NCBI GenBank assembly: GCA_024407725.1
Contig: JAKSVZ010000010.1
Span: 1 to 31,218, forward strand
Source: Opitutales bacterium
GTDB lineage: Bacteria > Verrucomicrobiota > Verrucomicrobiia > Opitutales > UBA9783
DNA: 31,218 nt
Reading direction: 5' to 3'
The notes below the pieces were generated by a model, which saw only the letters and a program-made list of their open reading frames with translations, made no database searches and was not told the DNA's origin. Shown piece after piece: positions 25,614 through 31,218 of this stretch. The position numbers and the translations under genes are program-made. Within the stretch, counting starts at the first letter, position 1; each line of letters opens with the position of its first letter.

Positions 25614-26791
25614 AAGCTTGGTGGACGTTAGCCATAGTGGTACTGATTGAAAGTGCCAGTATGTTTGGACGGAGTTCCGCAGTTAGTCCATTTTTAAACG
25701 CCATTCATCAAGATTTATCGCTATCCGTTACCCAAATCAGTGGCGCATATTCCTTAGGGCATCTAGCAGCAAGTTTTCTATTACCGTATATCGGAAGATG
25801 GTACGATAAAACCTCACTTTGCGGATTCATGCGCTTTTTTGTGCTGTTGTTTGCGGGAACTTGGATGCTATTTGGGGCAGGATTAATCCAACTAGCCAAC
25901 CAAAGTTATCTATGTTTAGGAGCTCTAGGAGGGTGTTTCATTATCATTCGTCTATGCATTCAAACCTTCCATTTAGTCGACAGTGCGGTATTAGCTTCTG
26001 AATTCGATAAGTACAAAAAGCTAGCGATCGGATGCAGTGCCATTGCGAGTGCTCTTGTAGGTGCTTCATGCCCCTATATTTGTTATAGCATTAGCCAACA
26101 TATTAATTGGCAACGAGCGGCTTTTGGGTTAGGAACATTGTGGTTGGTATTTTTGATTCCAGCCGGATGGCTTATCAAAACACGGGAACGCGTATCGGCT
26201 CAACCTGTTAAGATGGATAATCCATCAAAGCAAGGGATTCTGTTTTATACCGTCCTATTCGCTCTTGGCTTTAAACATTTTCAGGAAAGCGGCATTGCCT
26301 TCCATTTGGTCCCCATATGCACCGAATTGGGAATCAACATACGCTATATGTTGATGGGAATGTTTATTATGACCTGCGTATCGTTAGGAATAACCTTTTT
26401 TGCCGGTCATATATTCTCTCGTTGGGGATGGAAAACAACGTTAGTTCTATTCTCCTTAACGGATATAGGCATGCTGTATGGGATTCATTCGATACACCAA
26501 CTGGGAATCTTACCCGTGCTAGTTGTTTGTACCGGATTATACTGGGGAATTAGTACCATCTTACCTCCTTTAGTGCTTCCAAAAATGTTCAGCGATAAAA
26601 AACTGGGGGCGCTTCAAGGAATGGCTTATTCGTTTATGAGCTTAGGAAGCGGACTTGGACCGTTTTATTTCGGTTGGATCAAGGATGTATCCTCTTACCA
26701 AACGGGACTGCGCATATGCATCGGCGTTGCGCTCTTAATGCCCCTTGTATTCCTTTACTTAAAGCCAACAAAATCCAACACTAATGGCTAA
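25610..26791 (+). CDS. MFS transporter, a divergent tandem paralogue of the preceding gene
   Basis: 393 aa. It is collinear with the upstream MFS. FGRSSAVSPFLNAIHQDLSLSVTQISGAYSLGHL aligns to FGRTIALSPLLQDLCNDLSLSMTQISSGYALSHL, and LGALQGMAYSFMSLGS aligns to IGALHGWAYAFVSLGS. The ATGA start overlaps the upstream stop. Confidence 0.8.
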   Translation: MKAWWTLAIVVLIESASMFGRSSAVSPFLNAIHQDLSLSVTQISGAYSLGHLAASFLLPYIGRWYDKTSLCGFMRFFVLLFAGTWMLFGAGLIQLANQSYLCLGALGGCFIIIRLCIQTFHLVDSAVLASEFDKYKKLAIGCSAIASALVGASCPYICYSISQHINWQRAAFGLGTLWLVFLIPAGWLIKTRERVSAQPVKMDNPSKQGILFYTVLFALGFKHFQESGIAFHLVPICTELGINIRYMLMGMFIMTCVSLGITFFAGHIFSRWGWKTTLVLFSLTDIGMLYGIHSIHQLGILPVLVVCTGLYWGISTILPPLVLPKMFSDKKLGALQGMAYSFMSLGSGLGPFYFGWIKDVSSYQTGLRICIGVALLMPLVFLYLKPTKSNTNG

Positions 26792-27404
26792 TAAACTCCA
26801 AATTATCCTGCATTATTTGGATCAAGCTTTTCCGAACCCCGAGCCTTCGCTGCAAGCCTCAACGCCCTTTGAAATCCTAATCGCGACGCTGTTATCGGCT
26901 CAATGCCATGATGAACAAGTAAATCGCGTGATGCCGAACTTAATGAACGCAGCCCATACTCCTCAGGAAATGCGCAAAGTGCCGGAAGCAACCCTCCAGA
27001 AGCTCATTTACTCCTGCGGATTTTTCAGAAACAAAGCGCGCGCCATCAAAGCCTTATCGGAACAATTGTGCGAGCGTTTTAATGGAGAAGTACCGTGCAC
27101 GTTTGACGACCTCGAAAGTTTACCGAGAGTAGGGCATAAAACCGCATCGGTGGTTATGGGGCACGCATTCGGACAATTTGCGTTTCCCGTGGATACCCAC
27201 ATTCATCGTTTGGCATTAAAGTGGGGGCTTAGTAAAGGCCCAAATGTTGAGCGAGTGGAACGCGATTTAAAGCGCATTTTTCCTCAAAATGATTGGTTTA
27301 AACGCCACTTGCAGCTGATTCTTTTTGGCCGCGCTTATTGCAACCGAACACAATGCAAACCAGAGCATTTGTGCTGCATCTGTAAAGCGTTGCAGGAGTT
27401 ATAA
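26784..27404 (+). CDS. nth: Endonuclease III (DNA-(apurinic or apyrimidinic site) lyase)
   Basis: 206 aa. It has the HhH-GPD motif LESLPRVGHKTASVVM, then FPVDTHIHRL, and a C-terminal Cys cluster CNRTQCKPEHLCCIC. The start overlaps the MFS stop by 8 nt. Confidence 0.92.
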   Translation: MANKLQIILHYLDQAFPNPEPSLQASTPFEILIATLLSAQCHDEQVNRVMPNLMNAAHTPQEMRKVPEATLQKLIYSCGFFRNKARAIKALSEQLCERFNGEVPCTFDDLESLPRVGHKTASVVMGHAFGQFAFPVDTHIHRLALKWGLSKGPNVERVERDLKRIFPQNDWFKRHLQLILFGRAYCNRTQCKPEHLCCICKALQEL

Positions 27405-27416
27405 AGAGGGTAGGGG

Positions 27417-28526
27417 TTACCCAATCGCTTGATAAATTCCGCCGCCAATTAAGCAATTTTTTCGATAAAATGCGATGGCCTGACCAACTGCCAAGGCACG
27501 TTGGGATTGATGAAACTCAATTGCTGCGGTAGTTTTATCCTTCCACTGCCACGTAATGCTTTGGGCACTATCGCGATAACGCGGCTTTGCCAATAGCACT
27601 TCGCCGTCGGTTGGCGGTTCCTCCAGCCAATTCAAAAAGCCAATCTGTGCGTTGGTAGCATAAAGTCCTTGGGTTGTTGGATGGTCAAACCCTACCACCA
27701 ACTGCCCATTGGTGTAATCTTTTGCAACCACAACGTAATGCTCAAAATCATGGTTCGACGGTAGCCCTATGCCCTTGCGTTGACCGATGGTATAACGATG
27801 CAAACCGCGATGAGTACCCAACACACGTCCATCAACATGGACAATTAGCCCTTCCTGATCCGGAATGTATTTCTCCAAAAAGGTTTGAATAGGGACATTG
27901 CTGCTACCGAGAAAACAAATTCCTTGGCTATCCTTGCGCTGAGCATTGGGCAAGCCTATCTCCTGCGCAATTTGACGTACCGTTTGCTTAGTTAAAGTCC
28001 CCAAAGGAAAATGCACGCATTCCAAATTGCTACGCTGTACCAAGCACAAAAAATAACTTTGGTCCTTCGTAGCATCGATGCCTTCATAAAGCGAAAAATG
28101 GTTCGAAACGGTGGATTTTTGGCAATAATGGCCGGTTGCTAGACCATCAAAACCTGCTTGGCGCATGTGTTCTACCAAGATACCAAATTTGATATATCGA
28201 TTGCACATAACATCGGGATTGGGCGTCTGTCCTGTGCGATAGCCTTCAATGAGGTAATCCACAACCTTTTGACGGTACACATCGATAAAATTGATGACCT
28301 GAAAGGGAATTTGTAGGTGTTCAGCGACCGAACGAGCGGACGCCAAATCCTCTTTCCATGGGCATTCTTTCCATAATTCCGTTTCGTTTTGCCACGAGCG
28401 AAAAAATACGCCTTCAACCGCATATCCTTCGCGTTTCAATAAATAAGCGGAAACGGCGCTATCCACGCCGCCCGATAAAGCTACTAAGATTTTTTTATTC
28501 GGTTGCAAGCGCTTCAGAAGATTCAA
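27417..28526 (-). CDS. mnmA: tRNA-specific 2-thiouridylase MnmA
   Basis: 369 aa. It has the PP-loop VALSGGVDSAVSAYLL, NPDVMCNRYIKF and ATGHY. The catalytic Cys context is DSQGICFLG. Confidence 0.93.
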   Translation of the reverse strand: MNLLKRLQPNKKILVALSGGVDSAVSAYLLKREGYAVEGVFFRSWQNETELWKECPWKEDLASARSVAEHLQIPFQVINFIDVYRQKVVDYLIEGYRTGQTPNPDVMCNRYIKFGILVEHMRQAGFDGLATGHYCQKSTVSNHFSLYEGIDATKDQSYFLCLVQRSNLECVHFPLGTLTKQTVRQIAQEIGLPNAQRKDSQGICFLGSSNVPIQTFLEKYIPDQEGLIVHVDGRVLGTHRGLHRYTIGQRKGIGLPSNHDFEHYVVVAKDYTNGQLVVGFDHPTTQGLYATNAQIGFLNWLEEPPTDGEVLLAKPRYRDSAQSITWQWKDKTTAAIEFHQSQRALAVGQAIAFYRKNCLIGGGIYQAIG

Positions 28527-31218
28527 CCTGTTCGGTTTTTACGAAACGATCCATGAATAGGTAAATAACAGGCGTTACGTAAAGCGTCATAATTTGGGCG
28601 AAAATCAAACCACCGGCTACGGATAATCCCAAAGGAATACGCGAAGCACCATCAGCTCCCATTCCGCATGCAATCGGCAAAATTCCAAGAACTGTACAAA
28701 CCGTTGTCATCAAAATAGGACGGAATCGTTCACAACAGGCATCCAAAATGGCTTTTTCTGGCTTTTCTCCTTGTTTTTGCTTCATAACCGCAAAATCGAC
28801 CAAAATAATACCATTTTTCTTAATAATACCCATCAACATGAACAAACCAATAAAGGCGTACAGTGAGCATTCTTGATGGAAAATGAGCAGGGTTAGCAAT
28901 CCACCGGCTAATGCAACTGGTAGAGTAGATAACACGGTTAATGGATGGATCCAGTGTTCATACAAGCATCCCAATACGACATACATAACGAACACCGCAA
29001 CGCACAATAGGAAGGTTAAACTACTCATGGATTCCATGAATTCTTTGGATTCACCCCCTAATTCTCCTTCAACACCGCTTGCTGCTAGGTCTTTTGCACT
29101 AGCCTCAATAGCCTTTAACGTATTACCTAATGCCATTTTTCCGCTCAAGTTGAAGAAAATATCTGCTGAAGGGAAATTGTTTTTGTGGAACACGCTGATC
29201 ATTCCCGATGACTTTTTGAAGCTCGCTAAAGCATCCATGGGAATCATTTTACCCGCTTGGTTTCTAACCTGCATGTTCGCAATATCTTCCATGGACATCC
29301 GCTGATCTTGTTGCGAAGCAACAATAACCTTATATTGTTCGCTATCACTCTTAATCAGGTAAGAATAATTGAGGGATAAAGAATTGGCGATAATCCCCTC
29401 TAAGTTATAAGGAGCAAGCCCATATTGGAACAAACGCCGACGGTTATAATCGAGGTTAACCATCGGATTGTTGGAATCGAAATTACAGTTGATGGAAGCA
29501 CGATCGATTCCGGAAATCATCGCTAATTTCTGCAACATAGTTCGAGCCGCTTTTTTCACTCGTTCCGAATCCATCCCCGTTAATGTATAGACGTACTTAC
29601 CGCGATTACTAGAGGACGAACTGGTTTGTATATTCAACACAGGCATCGGCTTAATCAACGGCAGAATACCGGGCACCTGTAACATCATCCCTTGTAATTC
29701 TTTGCAAATCGTATCGATGGATACATCTTTTAGCCCCCGAATGGATTTACGATGCTTTAAGTCCTTTAAAACCACGACCACAATCCCTTGGTTATCCGGC
29801 AACCATTCGGATATTCCTGATGCCATAATTGCAACCTTGGTCGCAGGATGCTTATTAATAACCGCCTTTATCTGTTCCTGATAACGGTGCATCCGAGTAG
29901 GCGAAACGCCTGTTTGCGCCATAAACACCCCCATAATCGCTCCGCTATCACCTGCCGGCAAAAAGCTTTTGGGCAAGGTTACGAACAGATAGATCATGCC
30001 AATAATGCACGCTCCCCAAATTCCCAAAAACAACGGTCTGCGTTGGAATACCCACTGTAACTGTTTGCGGTATATCTTGATAAAACTCTGCTCTAAATAA
30101 TTGGCAGTTTGCTCAATGATACTCTTATCGTTGCGCTTGTGGCGTCTTAAGAACCGCGAACACATAACGGGCGTTAGGGTTAACGATACAATACCGGATG
30201 CAAAAATCGAAACAATGATGGTAATTGAAAACTCTCTGAAGATTCGCCCAATTTGACCATCCATGAACACAATCGGCAAGAAGGTAGCCATCAAAGAAAA
30301 CGTCATGGATAAAATAGTGAAACTAATCTCCGATGCTCCTTTGAAGGATGCTTCTAATGGAGTCATTCCACCTTCCATGTGACGCACCACGTTTTCCAAG
30401 AACACAATAGCATCATCAACCAAGAAACCAATAGCCAACGTTAAGGCCATTAAGGATAAGTTATCCAAACTATACCCCAACCCCTTCATCACCACAAAGG
30501 TAATGAACAATGATAGAGGAATAGCTACGATTGGAATGATGGTTTCGCGCACGCGTCCTAAAAACAAGAAGATAACAATTGCTACCAGAATAAAGGCAAT
30601 AACAATGGTTTCTTTTACCTCATTGATGGAATCCAAAATACTTGAAGCCTTATCATAGATAGGAATCATTTTAATGGTAGGGGGCAATGAAGCCTCAACG
30701 TGCGGCAATAACGCTTTAATACGGTTGGATACTTCAACGGTATTTGCTCCGGAAGCCTGATTAACAGCCAATACAACAATAGAGTTTGTATTAACTTTTA
30801 CCTGACTGACCCACAAAGTTACTTTGGTATCTTCTGATTCCGATGCATCTTCGCATTTAGCGATGTCTTCTAAATACACAGGACGCCCGCGTTCTGATTT
30901 AACAACAATCGAACGGTAATCCTTAGCGCGCACCAATTGCCCATTGGAGGTCAAAGTTAGGGTGTGCGTTTTCCCCTTTAACCGCCCCATACTTAAAATC
31001 ATGGAGTGGCTTTGTACCGCCTTAACAACATCATCCGGGGATAAATGGAATAGCTGCAATTTACGGTTATCTAAATGGACGCGAACGGCTCGCGGTACCC
31101 CGAATACCTGAACTTGCGAAACCCCATCGATTTTGCTTAATTGCTGCCCGATTTTAATGTTTGCGTAATCATACAACTCAGAACTGCCATCATTAAAATC
31201 AATTCGCTTAAGTTTGTT
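28495..31218 (-). CDS. RND efflux transporter, AcrB/HAE1-type inner-membrane subunit. The N-terminus lies beyond the right window edge.
   Basis: The frame stays open upstream of the TTG at 31176 listed in the ORF track. It reads ...NKLKRIDFNDGSSELYDYANIKIGQQLSKIDGVSQVQVFG. AcrB-like motifs include LVDDAIVFLENV and GIIKKNGILLVDFA. Roughly 130 N-terminal residues are missing. Confidence 0.9.
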   Translation of the reverse strand, partial: NKLKRIDFNDGSSELYDYANIKIGQQLSKIDGVSQVQVFGVPRAVRVHLDNRKLQLFHLSPDDVVKAVQSHSMILSMGRLKGKTHTLTLTSNGQLVRAKDYRSIVVKSERGRPVYLEDIAKCEDASESEDTKVTLWVSQVKVNTNSIVVLAVNQASGANTVEVSNRIKALLPHVEASLPPTIKMIPIYDKASSILDSINEVKETIVIAFILVAIVIFLFLGRVRETIIPIVAIPLSLFITFVVMKGLGYSLDNLSLMALTLAIGFLVDDAIVFLENVVRHMEGGMTPLEASFKGASEISFTILSMTFSLMATFLPIVFMDGQIGRIFREFSITIIVSIFASGIVSLTLTPVMCSRFLRRHKRNDKSIIEQTANYLEQSFIKIYRKQLQWVFQRRPLFLGIWGACIIGMIYLFVTLPKSFLPAGDSGAIMGVFMAQTGVSPTRMHRYQEQIKAVINKHPATKVAIMASGISEWLPDNQGIVVVVLKDLKHRKSIRGLKDVSIDTICKELQGMMLQVPGILPLIKPMPVLNIQTSSSSSNRGKYVYTLTGMDSERVKKAARTMLQKLAMISGIDRASINCNFDSNNPMVNLDYNRRRLFQYGLAPYNLEGIIANSLSLNYSYLIKSDSEQYKVIVASQQDQRMSMEDIANMQVRNQAGKMIPMDALASFKKSSGMISVFHKNNFPSADIFFNLSGKMALGNTLKAIEASAKDLAASGVEGELGGESKEFMESMSSLTFLLCVAVFVMYVVLGCLYEHWIHPLTVLSTLPVALAGGLLTLLIFHQECSLYAFIGLFMLMGIIKKNGIILVDFAVMKQKQGEKPEKAILDACCERFRPILMTTVCTVLGILPIACGMGADGASRIPLGLSVAGGLIFAQIMTLYVTPVIYLFMDRFVKTEQVESSEALATE

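Noticed and set aside
22882-26791. The kinase/MFS block as a horizontally acquired mobile island.
   Set aside because: There is no integrase, transposase, flanking direct repeat or tRNA. There is no obvious compositional shift by eye, and the block overlaps nth by 8 nt. Insertion between udg and nth is only weakly suggested.
28495-28526. The 32-nt overlap between the mnmA start and the RND pump stop, as a sign of frameshift or misassembly.
   Set aside because: Both reading frames are intact with full-length family motifs. Short same-strand overlaps are the norm throughout this window.
669-30060. Many 60-140-aa ORFs in the six-frame track, for example 669-860, 1107-1313, 5034-5345, 6047-6268, 6136-6336, 7096-7293, 8161-8412, 8943-9131, 9642-9905, 9941-10237, 11220-11426, 11559-11843, 11754-11945, 11993-12238, 12051-12242, 12355-12600, 13692-13874, 15334-15537, 16341-16595, 17523-17714, 18162-18404, 19625-19837, 19925-20113, 20570-20890, 20903-21130, 22486-22824, 22704-22892, 22961-23218, 24413-24688, 24797-24997, 25708-25899, 25819-26001, 26317-26553, 26803-26991, 27008-27202, 27674-27892, 28172-28423, 28358-28564, 28883-29305 and 29848-30060.
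   Set aside because: Each lies inside, antisense to, or out of frame with a longer ORF that has clear family motifs. Their translations are low-complexity or Arg/Ser/Cys-rich shadow sequences with no recognisable motifs.
31174-31218. TTG at 31176 offered as the RND transporter start.
   Set aside because: The frame stays open to the window edge, and the upstream residues continue the AcrB-like porter domain. About 130 N-terminal residues typical for RND pumps are missing, so the gene is simply truncated by the window.

Overview
This is a densely coding bacterial chromosomal segment with GC in the low 40s % by eye. I count 27 protein-coding genes, two of them truncated by the window edges. I saw no rRNA, tRNA, CRISPR array, transposase, integrase or phage genes.

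Gene content, left to right:
- a two-module ABC importer permease (partial) and a giant AsmA/TamB-like envelope protein
- fabG
- a minus-strand trio: degenerate RtcR-like protein, APH-family kinase, rluD
- a membrane protein and gmk, then an orphan 135-aa ORF
- rsmG
- CPBP protease, tsaE, ogt
- two long minus-strand chains with 1-11 nt overlaps: nusB-ftsY-rmuC and mcsB-like-clpC-cysS
- fabV and a family-4 UDG
- two adenylate-kinase-like genes and two MFS transporter genes, followed by nth
- mnmA and an RND (AcrB-type) pump (partial)

Most of this is housekeeping. I do not see a complete, obviously new multi-gene system such as a defence island.

Observations worth a second look:
1. A roughly 770-bp tandem duplication appears to have fused the first transmembrane helix of the adjacent MFS transporter onto a second copy of the kinase. 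This creates a predicted exported or membrane-anchored adenylate-kinase-like paralogue inside a kinase x2 / MFS x2 block.
2. The McsB homologue next to ClpC has lost nearly all canonical phosphagen-kinase catalytic motifs, so it is a predicted pseudokinase. No mcsA or ctsR is present.
3. An intact ORF looks like a decayed, C-terminally truncated RtcR-type (CARF + sigma54 AAA+) regulator lacking Walker A, GAFTGA and Walker B.
4. There are several small non-coding structures: a long inverted repeat over a ribosome-binding region, an orphan terminator, and a palindrome at a predicted promoter.

Taxonomy cannot be assigned from the sequence alone. All homology calls are motif recognition by eye, not database searches.
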